A stretch of 64,000 bases of DNA from the NCBI GenBank assembly GCA_963737655.1, contig CAVTTN010000002.1, forward strand, positions 2,560,001-2,624,000, written 5' to 3'. The DNA is from an uncultured Planctomycetota bacterium. GTDB lineage: Bacteria; Planctomycetota; Planctomycetia; Isosphaerales; Isosphaeraceae. Below are positions 30,674 to 41,987 of the stretch, one piece after another. The translations under genes were made by a program, and so were the position numbers. Position 1 is the first letter of the stretch; every line of letters begins with the position of its first letter. Under the pieces are notes generated by a model. It saw nothing but the letters and a program-made list of their open reading frames with translations, was not told the DNA's origin and did no database searches.

Positions 30674-31860
30674 GTGCCCACTCTCCGCCTGCGGACCCCG
30701 AATTACCGCCTCCACAAGCCCAGCGGCCAGGCCGTCGTCACCTTGGACGGCCACGATTTCTACCTCGGCCGGCACGGCTCGCCCGAGGGCCGTGCGGAGT
30801 ACAACGCCTGGTCGCCGAGTGGCTGGCCTCGGGCCGGCGGCTGCGGCCGTCCGGCCCCGACCCCGCGTCCGCCGGCCCGACCGTCGGCGAAGTGCTGCTC
30901 GCCTACCTTCGACATGCCGAGTCGTACTACGTCAAGAACGGGAAGGCGACTCGCGAGACGACCAACATCCAGCTGGCCCTGCGGCCGGTCCGCCGGCTGT
31001 ACGGGCACACGCCGGCCCGCGACTTCGGCCCGCTGGCCCTCAAGGCGGTCCGCCAGGACATGATCGACTCGGGCCTGTGCCGCAACGAGGTCAATAAGCG
31101 GGTCGGCAAGGTCGTCCGCGCCTTCAAGTGGGCCGTCGGCGAGGAGCTGGTCCCCCCCAGCGTCCACCACGGCCTCCAGGCCGTCTCGGGGCTGAGGCGG
31201 GGCCGGGCCGACGTCCGCGAGTCCGAGCCGGTCCGCCCGGTCCCCGAGGCGTTCGTCGACGCGATCCGCTCCCACGTCGCCCGCCAGGTCTGGGCGATGG
31301 TCGAGCTCCAGCGGCTGACCGGGATGAGGCCCGGCGAGGTCGTCCTGGTGCGGGGCCGCGACCTCGACACCTCGGGCCGGGTCTGGACGTATCGGCCCGG
31401 CTCGCACAAGACCGAGCACCACGGCCGCGAGCGGGTCATCTGCCTCGGCCCGAAGGCCCAGGCCGTGCTGCGGCCGTGGCTTCGGCCGGCCCCGGAGGGA
31501 CCCCTCTTCAGCCCGGCCGAGGCGGTGGCGGAGCGGAACGCGGAGAAGCGGCGGCTCCGCAAGGCCCCGCTGACGCCCTCGCAGCGGGCCCGGGCCCGGC
31601 GTCGCTCCCCGCGGAAGGCCCCCGGGGACGCCTACACGGCGGACTCGTACCGCCGGGCGATCGCCTACGGGTGCAAATGGGCCGGGGTGCCGAGGTGGCA
31701 CCCGAACCGGCTCCGGCACAACGCCGCGACGGCGATCCGCTCGCGGTTCGGGCTGGAGGCCGCCCAGCTGGTCCTGGGCCACGCCAAGGCGGACGTGACC
31801 CAGGTCTACGCCGAGCGGGACCTCGCCCGGGCCGTCGCGGTCATGGCCGAATTCGGCTGA
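30674..31860 (+). CDS. Tyrosine recombinase/integrase, frameshift near 30805
   Basis: YRLHKPSGQAVVTL.G...YLG..GS N-terminus; TGMRPGE (R), HKT (K), RLRH, LGH and TQVY. One extra C (AAC-CGC) joins the frames. Confidence 0.92.
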
Positions 31861-31891
31861 GGCCGGGCCGGCCCCCCGGTGGGGACGGCCG

Positions 31892-31938
31892 TCGGCCGAG
31901 GGACGGGGTGGAAGCCGCTTCCACCCCGTCGCGGCCGA
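31892..31938. repeat. Long hairpin downstream of the integrase containing the island 17-bp palindrome
   Basis: GACGGGGTGGAAGC-C-GCTTCCACCCCGTC (14-bp perfect arms) extended by TCGGCCG/CGGCCGA. Confidence 0.8.
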
Positions 31939-32251
31939 ATGTCGGGGCCTCATGCTTGATCTCGGGCGCGGTTCGGCCTGCCCACGCCCGGGTCGGAATT
32001 CCCACGACCACCTCCGACGAGGGGCTCACCGGGGCGTCGACCGGCCGCGGAGTGGGGGCCGCTTCCACCCGATCCCGGCGCCGCTGCTCCGGGACGCGGG
32101 GCGGAGGCCGTCGGGCCGATGCTTCTCCGAGGCACCGGCGATCGACGCCCGGCAGGGCCGGGTCCCGCGTCCGGCTTGCCATCCGTGGCCGCGGGCCCGA
32201 AGATCGGGGCGTCTCCGCGTCGCGACCGCAGGGGCGAGGAGGCGCAAGCGC

Positions 32252-32289
32252 ATGGCGGACGAGGCGGCGGGCCATGAGGCGTTCGAGCG
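32252..32289 (+). pseudogene. Truncated copy (about 13 codons) of the Zn-finger-Toprim gene start
   Basis: MADEAAGHEAFER plus the upstream leader, matching 43504 (+) and 55094 (-). Confidence 0.75.
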
Positions 32290-32530
32290 TGTCCTTTCGG
32301 CAAGCCTGCCTGAATCCGTTTGCCTGATCCGTTAGGCTGGCGGTCCTTGTCTGGGAGGACCGTGATGGGTACGAGCAAGCATGAGCAATTGCCGCGAGAT
32401 CTGCGCGGGGGCGGAGCCGGTTTCAGTCGTGGCGGGTAACGCGGAAGGCGCGTACCCGGATTCCGCCGGCGCTTTGGGAACTGGCCGTATGGCCGGAGAC
32501 GCCGCTTCCGGGTCAATCGGTGGCTGCGGG

Positions 32531-32815
32531 ATGCGAACCGCGCCGGAGTTGCTTGAGGTAGACAACAAGCAACTGGAGGACGTCCTCCGCCGCGCCGAGC
32601 AATCGCTCGACGAGGAGGACAGCCACCTGATTCGCAGGCTCTTCGAGTCGTACACCTACGTATCCGACCTGATCAAAGATAAGAATTCATCGATTTGTCG
32701 CCTGCGGCAACTGTTCTTCGGGTCGCGCACGGAGAAGACCGAGGCGGACCACGCCGTACGGGACCCTTTCACGATTCGGGCCGCGGTACGGGACCCTTTC
32801 ACGATTCGAGGGTGA
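32531..32815 (+). pseudogene. IS66-family transposase N-terminal remnant
   Basis: LE.VLRRAEQ.LDE.D..LIR..FESY..V.DL..DKN.SI.RLRQLFFG.RTEKT recalls TnpC starts; ends in a 23-bp direct repeat. Confidence 0.6.
32756..32808. repeat. 23-bp direct repeat, 30-bp period
   Basis: GTACGGGACCCTTTCACGATTCG at 32756 and 32786. Confidence 0.9.
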
Positions 32816-33069
32816 CAAGCGTCCAGAATAGCGAAGAGCCGCGTGCATGCTTCCGAAGGTGCGACAGTCGACCATACCGAAGCGTTCTGTGACGTGCACG
32901 CCGTGCACCAGGAGCCCACACGGGCCGGGGCCGTTGGGGAACTGGCTGGTGTACTACTCACCAGAGATCGTGCGACAATACGCCCGCCGCGGCACTGATC
33001 TCCGCGTGAATTTCGACACCGTAGCAGGTCGACCCGCTGGGACGCCGCCGTGCCCCTCGGAGTGTGCTC

Positions 33070-36000
33070 ATGGCCGCCGACAGAATTCGCGTGCGCGACG
33101 TCTTCCGCGCAGCCGTCGAGGTCTCACCCGAAGAGCGGTCCACCTACCTGACCGATACCTGCGGCGGCGATGCCGAGCTCAGGGCAGAGGTGGATCGACT
33201 GCTGGCCGCAAACGCGGCCCCTGAGATCGCTCTTGAATCCATCACTCCTGCGGCCGCCACCGCTGCGTTCGTGCGCAGCCATTCCGCGACCGTCGTACAC
33301 CCGAGTGGAATGCCCCGATCCGACGAAGGCACCTCGGACGCGTCGAGCCAGAAGGACCCGGCGGACGACGACCACGGCCCGTATGGGGCCACCGGAATGT
33401 TTGCCTCACCCGATCCGGATGCCACGACGGCACGGGAATCGGCATCCCCAGCCCCCCTCGCGGCCGAGGCGCCGACAGGCGAAGGCATCGGCACCGTCAT
33501 CGCCGGGCGGTACACGCTCGTGGAAGTGATCGGCGAAGGTGGCATGGGGTCCGTCTATCTGGCGAGCCAGACCGAGCCGGTCAAGCGTCAGGTGGCGCTC
33601 AAGCTCATCAAGACGGGCATGGATTCGCGGGACGTGCTGGCCCGGTTCGACGCTGAGCGGCAGGCCCTCGCCCTGATGGACCATCCGAACATCGCGCGGA
33701 TCTACGACGGCGGCGTCACTGCGGCCAGGCAGCCGTTCTTCATTATGGAACTGGTCAAGGGGCTGCCGCTCACCCAGTATTGCGACCAGCGGCGGCTCAC
33801 GGTCAAGGCCCGACTGGAGTTGTTCGTCGCGGTGTGCCAGGCGGTGCAGCACGCCCACCAGAAGGGAATCATCCATCGTGATCTCAAGCCGGGAAATGTG
33901 CTGGTAACTGAGGTGGATGGGCGCGCCACGCCCAAAGTCATCGACTTCGGCGTGGCCAAAGCGACCGAGGTGAACCTGACCGACATGAGCTTCTCGGATA
34001 CCGGCGCGATCGTCGGCACGCCGACGTATATGTCGCCCGAGCAGGCCGACCCCTCGTCGATGGATATCGATACACGTACCGATGTTTACGCGCTCGGCGT
34101 GATGCTTTATGAACTGCTGACGGGGACGCCACCGATCGATGCCAGGGAGTTCCGGCGGGGAGCGATCCTGGAGATGCTGCGGATGGTGCGGGAAGTCGAT
34201 CCGCCGCGTCCGAGCACGAGGTTGAGCACGGCCGACGCCCTGCCGAACATCGCCGCCAACCGGAGTATCGAGCCGGGCCGCCTCGCGAAGCTGATGCGGG
34301 GCGAGCTCGACTGGGTGGTCATGAAGGCGCTCGAGAAAGATCGGAATCGCCGCTACGACACGGCCAACGGCCTCGCCCGCGACATCCAGCGCTACTTGGC
34401 CGAGGAGGTCGTCGAAGCCCGCCCTCCGAGTCGCGCCTATCGGCTCAAGAAATTCGTCCGCCGCAACCCGCTCCAGTTGGCGCTGGCGGGAACGATTGTG
34501 TTGCTCCTGCTGGGCGGCGGAGCGTTCGCTTGGTGGCAGGACCGACAAACGACCGAGCGGAGTGCGGAAACGCGGAACAGAGAACAACAGGCCAACCAGG
34601 GCGTAGACGCCGCCCTGAAACTCTTCCCGGACCTGCGTAAGCAGTTCAAGTTCGAGGCGGCGAAGAAGACGCTGGAGCAGGCCGCGGTTCTGGCCAAGGG
34701 GGCGGCGCCGGGCCGGCTCGCTGAGGTTGCGCAGGCGATCCAGGACCTCGAGTTCGTCGAGCGATTGGACGCCATTCGCTACCGCAAGTGGCTCTGGATC
34801 ACGGAAGTAGGCGGGAAGGGCCACTTCAATGAGAAGATCGCCCCGCCTGCCTACCGCCAGGCGTTCGCGGAGCGCGATCTGAACCTGACGACCCTCGACC
34901 CGGACTCGGCGGCCCGGCGAATCGCGGCATCCGCGGTGAAGGCCGAATTGGTCGCCGCGGTGGACGACTGGGCCCTGTGCGAACCGGAGCGAGGCTTGCG
35001 GGATCGGTTGCTGGACGTCGCGCGTCGGGCCGACTCCGGTTCATGGACAGATCGCCTTCGCGACCCTGCCCTGTGGAGCGACAGGAATGCCGTCAAGAAA
35101 CTGGAAACAGACGCCGACCTGACCCGCACTTCATCGGCATCGCTGGGTGTGCTCGCGGCGCTCGATGAAGCGCCAGGGATTGGATCCGATACCGCGGCTG
35201 ACCGCAGCTCGCGCCAAATACCCGGCCGATTTCGAACTGGCTTTCCTCCTCGGCCAGCAGCACTTCGCGTCCACCGACGGACAGGGGATCGGTCCCTTCG
35301 AGGCGGCCCGCGCCTTGCGGCCCGAGAACTATGCCGTCTGGGTAAACCTCGGCAATCTGCAGGGCCGCAAGGGCCAGTTAGACGAGGCCATCGAATGCTT
35401 GAAACAGGCCATCGAGCTTGACCCGAGGCTCGCCTTGGCCCACATCGCATTGGGCGCCGTCCTCGGCGACGTCAAACGCGATTACGATGGGGCCATCGCC
35501 TGCTTTCGCAAGGCCATCGAACTCGATCCCAACCTCGCCGAGGCCCACAGCAACCTGGGCGAGGCGCTGAAACACAAAGGTATGTGGGACGAGGCCATCG
35601 CCCAGTACAAGAAGGCCCGCGAGCTTGACCCGAAGTTGGTCGCGGTCTCCGACAAACTGGCCTTTGCGCTGACAAAGAAGGGACGGTTGGACGAGGCCAT
35701 CGCCAGCCTCAGGGAAGCCCTCGAGCTCGATCCGAACGACGCCCTGGCGCACTACAACCTCGGCCTCGCGCTGTCCCAGAAGGGCCAGCCCGACGAGGCC
35801 ATCGCCTCATACCGGAAAGCTGTCGAACTCAATCCGAAGAACGCGGAGGCTCACACCAACCTGGGGCAATTGCTATCGGCAAGGGGCCAGATTGACGAGG
35901 CCATCGCCTGCTACAAGAAGGCGATTGCACTCGACCCGAAGCTCGCCAATGCCTACCGGAGCCTGGGCGCTGCGCTTTGTAATCGCAAGCAGGATTACGA

Positions 36001-37778
36001 TGCGGCCATCGCGTGCTTCCGCCACGCCCTTGAGCTCGACCCGAAGGACGTTGTATCCCTCTTCAATCAGGGCGTTGCCTTCGGAAACAAAGGCCAGTTG
36101 GACTCGGCCATCGACTGTTTCAGGCAGGCCATCGCACTCGACCCGAACCACGCGGATGCCCATCTAGCTCTAGGCGCAGGATTGGTCAATCAGGGCCGGA
36201 TCGCCGAGTCCCTGGCGCCCCTCAAGCGAGGCCACGAGCTGGGGTCGAACCAACCCAACCGGCGCTCTGGCTCGGCCGATTGGATTGGTCGAGCCGAGGC
36301 GTGCGCCGCGATGGAAGCGAAGCTGCCCGAGTTTCTCAACGGCCGGTTCCAGCCTCGCGACAACCAGGAACGCATCGCGTTGGCCGAGGTTTGCGCGACG
36401 AAGAAACTCCACCTTGCCGCGGCGGACCTGTTCGCCCGCGCCTTCGCCGCCGACTCGAAGCTGGCCGCCGATCTCGAGGTTGGGCATCGTTTCAGCGCGA
36501 TCTGCAGCACGGTCATGGCCGCCGCCGGCAAAGGCGAAGATGCCGCCGAGCTCAATGACGAGGAACGGCGCACGCCTCCGTCATCAGGGCCTCGACTGGC
36601 TTCGCGCCGACCTTGCGCTCTGGACCAAACTCCTCGAATCTGGGCCGCCGGCGTCGCGCCAAACCGTCACGGAGAAAATGAACCATTGGAAGCAAGAGCC
36701 AAACCTTGCCTCCGTCCGCGACCCCGCGGTTTTGGCCACGCTCATGGCGGACGAGCGGAACGCGTTTACCCAGCTATGGGCGGACGTGGAGGCGGTGTCG
36801 AAAAGCGCAGAAAAATCCCAAGCGGCGTCGCCCGAAAAGGCCGCGGCGAACGCCACAGCGGCAATGCCGGAGAAGGCACCGAACGACAACGACGTCGATT
36901 TGCTCGCGGCCAAGTCGAAGGAAGCTGAACTGCATCTGAGAGCCGGAAAGCCCGAACTCGCTTTGCCGCTCCTCGTCGAAGTTTTGGCGGGCAGGAAGGC
37001 TAGACTTGGACCAGACCATGCCAACACGCTCGAAACCATGAAGCAACTCGGCGTGATCTGCTGGCGATTGCGCCAATTCGACAAATCGGTCCCACTGTTC
37101 GAAGAGCTCTCGAAACTGCAGGAGGCGAAGCACGGGCGAGACCACCCGGAAACTTTGTTGGCCTTGGCGAACCTCGGCGTGAATTACAGGGACGCCGGCC
37201 GTTTCACGGATGCAATCCCACTCCTCGAGGAAGCCCATCAGGCCGCGAAGAAACATGCCGAGTTTCAATGGGTGAGCGGGGAATTGCTCGACGCCTTCGG
37301 CAAGGCGGGTAAGACCGCCGAGTTCGCCGACTTGGCCCGGGAACGGCTGGCAGAGGCTCGCAAAGCGTTACCGAACGACAGCCCCCAACTAGCCGGTCTG
37401 CTCGCCCAACTCGGCCTGAACTTCCTCCAGCAGAAGAAATGGAGCGAGGCCGAACCGCTCCTCCGCGAGTGCCTGGCGATCAGAGAAAAAGCACAGTCCG
37501 ATATGTGGTCCACGTTCAACACGCAATCGGTGCTCGGCGGCGCCTTGCTGGCCCAGAAGAAATACACCGAGGCCGAACCATTCTTGCGGAAAGGCTACGA
37601 AGGAATGAAACAGCGGGAGACGACGATGCCCCCGCAAGCCGCAACCCGTATCCCCGAGGCCCTCGACCGACTCATCGATTTCTACATCGCCACGGACAAG
37701 CCGGATGAAGTCAAGAAATGGCAAGCCGAACGTGCAAAATACCCATACGCCGCTCCGCTGAATCAACAGAAGAAGTAG
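33070..37778 (+). CDS. Ser/Thr protein kinase-TM-TPR protein (about 1570 aa), frameshifts near 35163 and 36567
   Basis: GEGGMG, VALK, HRDLKPGN, DFG, GTPTYMSPE, a TM helix, about 8 TPRs and further TPRs across three overlapping ORFs. Confidence 0.88.
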
Positions 37779-38023
37779 TCGTTTGAGACGGGCCGACTCA
37801 CGCGTAGACGATCGCTGCGGATGAGAGACGATTTCCAGGAGTTCGACAATGTCTCACGCCATGCCGAGGCCGAGCACAGCACAAGAAGCAAGGGAGCAAG
37901 CCGATGCGGTCGGTCCGCCAGTGGTTTGCAAGCTACGGTCCGATACACGCCGAACCCGCCTCGGCCGCCCGTACCAAAGTGACTTCGGACCGCCATGCCG
38001 ACGCGCGGTCCAGGGTTGTCTCT

Positions 38024-38951
38024 AGAGCCTATCCCAGTAGGCCCATAGCCCGATAGGTGATCCAGGCACAGACGAAGTGCAACATGCCGAAGTAATTCTC
38101 CACCTTCTTCTCCCAGCGGATCAGGATCCTCCGGAACCGGTTCATCCAGCTGTGCGTCCGCTCCACCACCCGACGCCGCGCCTTGCGGCCCGCCTCCCTC
38201 TTCAACTCCTCGGCCTCCTCACCTCGGGCCCGCACATGCGCCGTGAAGCCGAACTCTTCCACCAAGCCTCTCGTGTCGTCGTAGTCGTACCCCTTGTCCA
38301 TGCACATCCCCTGCGGCCGCTCCGGCGTCGGCTCGGGCCGCTCCACCGGGATGCTCTCCAGCGTCGCCTCCACCAGCCTCATGTCGTGGCGATTGGCCCC
38401 CTCGACCGTCAGGCCCACCGGTATCCCGCCGGCCTCCGTCAGCAGGCTTCGCTTCGCCCCCAGCTTCCCCCGGTCCGTCGGGTTCTTGCCGACCCGCTCG
38501 CCGCCCAGCGGGGCCTTGGTCATGGCTCCGTCCATCGCCAACCAGGACCAGTCCAGCCCCTTCAGCCCGTCGTACTCGCGGAGCCCTTCGGCCCAGAGGG
38601 TGACGAAGACCCCGGCGGCGGCCCACTCCTGGAACCGTCGATGGGCCGAGCTGCTGGAGCAGATGCCGGTGGCGTTCAGGGCGTTCCACTGGCAGCCGGT
38701 GCGGAGGACGAAGAAGATGCTGTCCATGGCCCTGCGATCCGGGATCCTGGGGTTGTGGCATCCGAGCGGATGGTCCGGGCGCGGCGGCGGCAGCGCCTCG
38801 ATCCTCCGCCAGAGCGGGTCCGGGATGCGCCACTGATCGTCGGGGACGGGCGCGGCTTCGAGGCGGGCCGAGCCTTGGCCATGGGAGGGACTCCTGGGGC
38901 GATCACGAGCTCCAGGAAATCCTACGGTTACCGCCTACTGGGATAGGCTCT
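38024..38951 (-). mobile_element. IS5-family insertion sequence
   Basis: Perfect 19-bp terminal inverted repeats AGAGCCTATCCCAGTAGGC; the transposase stop lies in the IR. Confidence 0.93.
38029..38882 (-). CDS. IS5 transposase, frameshift near 38849
   Basis: I..VLRTGCQW, R.FQEW...G, DGA, DKGYD and RRVVERT.SW...RR; ATG 38882 has an AGGAG RBS and needs one more C. Confidence 0.88.
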
Positions 38952-39140
38952 TAGGGCGCGGGCAAGAATAAAGTCGTCAACTTCCTCTCGGGTCATGGCT
39001 TCGATCCCCGGAGTTCCTACGCACAAGTTGACGACTTTATTCTTGCCCGCGCCCTTAGTCCCGTCCCTGAGAACGGCCCGGGACTCTTTCATCTCCCCGT
39101 TCTCGAATACTTGACGCAGCAGATCGAGGTACTGTCTCAT
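38952..39140 (-). pseudogene. Short ORF with a ThyA-like N-terminus, cut by IS5
   Basis: MRQYLDLLRQVFENG resembles thymidylate synthase starts; the rest does not. Confidence 0.35.
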
Positions 39141-39263
39141 CGCGCCGCCCCTTTTGGTTCATTCCCCACGACCGACCCTGACGAATCGGCCGCCCCTCCG
39201 CTCCAGCTCACGGACCATCCGCTCACGCTCCTCGAACTCCCGGCGATGTTGTCTGGCATCGTC

Positions 39264-39847
39264 TTATTTCCGCCGGGGGGCACTCCGCGTGTGCGGGCGG
39301 ACGTAGGTCCCGTCCTTGCGGTAGTAGCCGCGCACGGAGACCGTCCCCCCGCTCGATGGCGAGGACGAGGGCGGCGAATACGTCCGCGGGGCCGGGGCGG
39401 ACGATCGGCCATCGCCCGAAGCCGTCGGCCCGGAATACCCGCCGCCGGACGGTGCGGGGGCCGCCGCGACGGCCGGCGCAGCGCCCGGTCCGGCCGGATC
39501 GCGTCCGCCATCCCGTGCCAGGCCCGACACCAGATCCCCGACGTGGGCCGCGCGGAGGCCAACCCGGCCAGGTGGGCCAGGCGCGGGGCGGCGGCCCGAG
39601 AGGCCGCCCTCGCCAGCGCGAGGCGGGGCGGCAGCGCCACGGGCCGGACACCCTCGGGTGCTGCCTCCGGGGCCGCCTCCCAGGAGGCCGGTGCAGGGGC
39701 GTCGGCGACGGCCGTCGGGGTGGGGGTCGGGGCCGAGGAGGCGGGCATCCTCGCGGGCCACGCGGCCAGCGAGACGCCCGCCAGCAGCAGGCCCAGCACG
39801 GCACCGATCGTCTGGAACCCCTTGCGGGTCCATCGCATCTCGCTCAT
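39264..39847 (-). CDS. Membrane-anchored low-complexity protein with C-terminal V.VRGYYRKDGTYV.PH.R motif, frameshift near 39538
   Basis: TM N-terminus in ORF 39137-39862 and the recognisable basic C-terminal motif in ORF 39264-39833; TGATG coupling to the upstream gene. Confidence 0.6.
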
Positions 39848-40866
39848 CACGAGCGCCTCCACCGGACGGCAGGGCTGCCCGTCCCGGTCATCCGCTCCTC
39901 GGCCTTGCGGACCTCTTCCTCGGGCACCCCGAGGGTATCGCGGAGGCCCCGGAGCATCTCGGCCTCATCGTCGGTGACCACGCCGTCGGCCAGGACGTCG
40001 GCGACCGCCGCCCGATACCGCTCCGCCTTCGCCTCGGACTCGATCGCCGAGGCCCGGACCGGCAGGACGCCGAGGAGCGAGGACAGGCGGTCGATCCGCC
40101 TCCGCTCGTCCTCGGTGATCACCCCGTCGGCCACGATCACGCCCGCGAACCGGCGGTACAGGCGCTCCGCGGCCCGGATGCAGACGCCGTCGCCGACGCC
40201 GTGCTCGGCCGCGATCCGGTCCAGGCGGAAATGGGACGCGGGGCGGGTTCGCAGCGCCTCGGCCAGCACCGAGGCGAACCGCTCGACGTCGCCGGGGTCG
40301 CGGGCGGGCCCGCGGGCCTCGACGGGGTCGGCGCGGTGAGGCGGGTCCTCCTCGGCGTCGCCCTCCTCCGTCGCCTCGGGCCAAGCCGCGAAGGCGTCGA
40401 ACAGCAGGCCGAAGAACGCCCACCAGGACCCGGCCGCGAAGAGGACCATCGCCACGGCGAACGCCGGATGGCGCGGCCCGGCCCACCAGGCGAACGGGAA
40501 GCCCAGGGCCCCGCTGGCGACCAGACCCCACACGATCGGCTGGAACCACTCCGGGAACCGGTCGAGCCAACGCAGGGACACGGCCTTCTCCAGCGTGGCC
40601 CCGGCCGGCGGCGCCGCCAGGCCGATCAGCCGGCCGAGCCGGACGGCGATCGTCCAGGCGAGCCAGCCCAGGAACGCGACGGCCAGGGCCAGCGCCTTGA
40701 GGACGGCGCCGATCCCCAGGACGAGCTGCTGGATCGCGATGGCCGAGGCGAGGTCCGTCGAGCCGCTCCCGCACCGCGGGCAGCTCATCGAGAGGTCCCG
40801 GCCTCGGGGATACCAGGTGTAGGAACAGCCTCGGCACTGGTTGAGCGGGCGTCGGTTGAACCTCAT
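39847..40866 (-). CDS. Zn-ribbon-TM-TerB-like protein
   Basis: CRGC..CPRC, 3-4 TM segments, two ADGV(I/V)T.DE motifs typical of TerB-like helices; start may be 40917. Confidence 0.6.
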   Translation of the reverse strand: MRFNRRPLNQCRGCSYTWYPRGRDLSMSCPRCGSGSTDLASAIAIQQLVLGIGAVLKALALAVAFLGWLAWTIAVRLGRLIGLAAPPAGATLEKAVSLRWLDRFPEWFQPIVWGLVASGALGFPFAWWAGPRHPAFAVAMVLFAAGSWWAFFGLLFDAFAAWPEATEEGDAEEDPPHRADPVEARGPARDPGDVERFASVLAEALRTRPASHFRLDRIAAEHGVGDGVCIRAAERLYRRFAGVIVADGVITEDERRRIDRLSSLLGVLPVRASAIESEAKAERYRAAVADVLADGVVTDDEAEMLRGLRDTLGVPEEEVRKAEERMTGTGSPAVRWRRS

Positions 40867-40913
40867 CGCTCGGTCCCCGCCGAGGCGGCATCGCCTCGGG
40901 TCCTGGGGTTCGG

Positions 40914-41861
40914 TCACGGGGCCGGGAGTGCCGCCTCACGACGATCCGGGAGGCCCCGCCGTCGAGAACGTGTTCCCGTCGCCCGGCCAATCCTAACGCC
41001 GCCGACCGGCGCCGCCAGGCGATTGTCCGCCCGCCGAAGCGCGAAGTCCCGTGCTTTGACTGGGCACGGCGAGGGCAGGGTCAGGGAGCGATTTCGAGGT
41101 TTTTGTGCCGGCCGCCCGTCCCGATCAACCGGCGGATTTCGGAGGCCTCGTCGGGACTTACGGCGGGACCCGAGGGCCGCCCGAACTTCCCGAGGCCAGT
41201 CGGGGGACGGGCAGGGCGGCGGCGCCGGCTCGACGAACGCCCCCGCCGCGGCCGGTCCGAGGGGTGGAAGCGGCTTCCAGCGCGCACCCTCGACGCTGGC
41301 GACCCCCGGCGGGGACCGGCCGGCTCGATCCCGGGGACGTGGGACGGTTCGGGCGGCCATCGGAGGCGGCCAGGCCCGCCCCCGATGCCTCGGGCGGCCC
41401 GTGGGGCAGGCCGTGGGGCGGCCGATGGTGCGACGGAGGCGGGGCAGGGCGACCCGGCGACCCGGAGGTCGCTTCCGGGGGCGGGGCACATAGCGGGCCA
41501 GCCGGCACAGGAGCGGGCCGGCCGGCCCCGCGTCCCGGTCGTAGTATCCGATGAACCTCAACAGCCCGGTCACCTCGTAGCGCGACGGCACCCCGACGGT
41601 CTCGCCGTGCTCACGCCGGCCTCGATATTCCTCGCGGAGCAGCGACAACCTCCGGGCGGGGCTGGATTTCAGGCGATCGACCAGATCCTTCTTGACCTGC
41701 AGCATGTCGCTGCCGTTGCTATACCAGGAGACGCCCCGGACCAGCCGCGAACCAATCCAGGCGATCTCCCGGTCGGTCGTTTCGAGGGGCAGGCCGGGCC
41801 GCCAGACGCCGAGGCGCCGCTTGTACACCAGGACCGCGACCAAGGCGACGCAAAAGGCCAA
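40914..41861 (-). CDS. Hypothetical protein, possibly a displaced C-terminal part of the upstream Prim-Pol
   Basis: First about 125 aa look protein-like; the remainder is low-complexity. Confidence 0.3.
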   Translation of the reverse strand: MAFCVALVAVLVYKRRLGVWRPGLPLETTDREIAWIGSRLVRGVSWYSNGSDMLQVKKDLVDRLKSSPARRLSLLREEYRGRREHGETVGVPSRYEVTGLLRFIGYYDRDAGPAGPLLCRLARYVPRPRKRPPGRRVALPRLRRTIGRPTACPTGRPRHRGRAWPPPMAARTVPRPRDRAGRSPPGVASVEGARWKPLPPLGPAAAGAFVEPAPPPCPSPDWPREVRAALGSRRKSRRGLRNPPVDRDGRPAQKPRNRSLTLPSPCPVKARDFALRRADNRLAAPVGGVRIGRATGTRSRRRGLPDRREAALPAP

Positions 41862-41987
41862 GAGCTTCCGGTCGCGGACCCCTGTGCTTAGATTACGATT
41901 CTCCCCCTCGCGGCTTCGGCCGCCTCGGGCGAGGTCTGATTGGATGGATTGAAAAGTCTCCTGCGGGACTTTGATTCGGACGACGGC

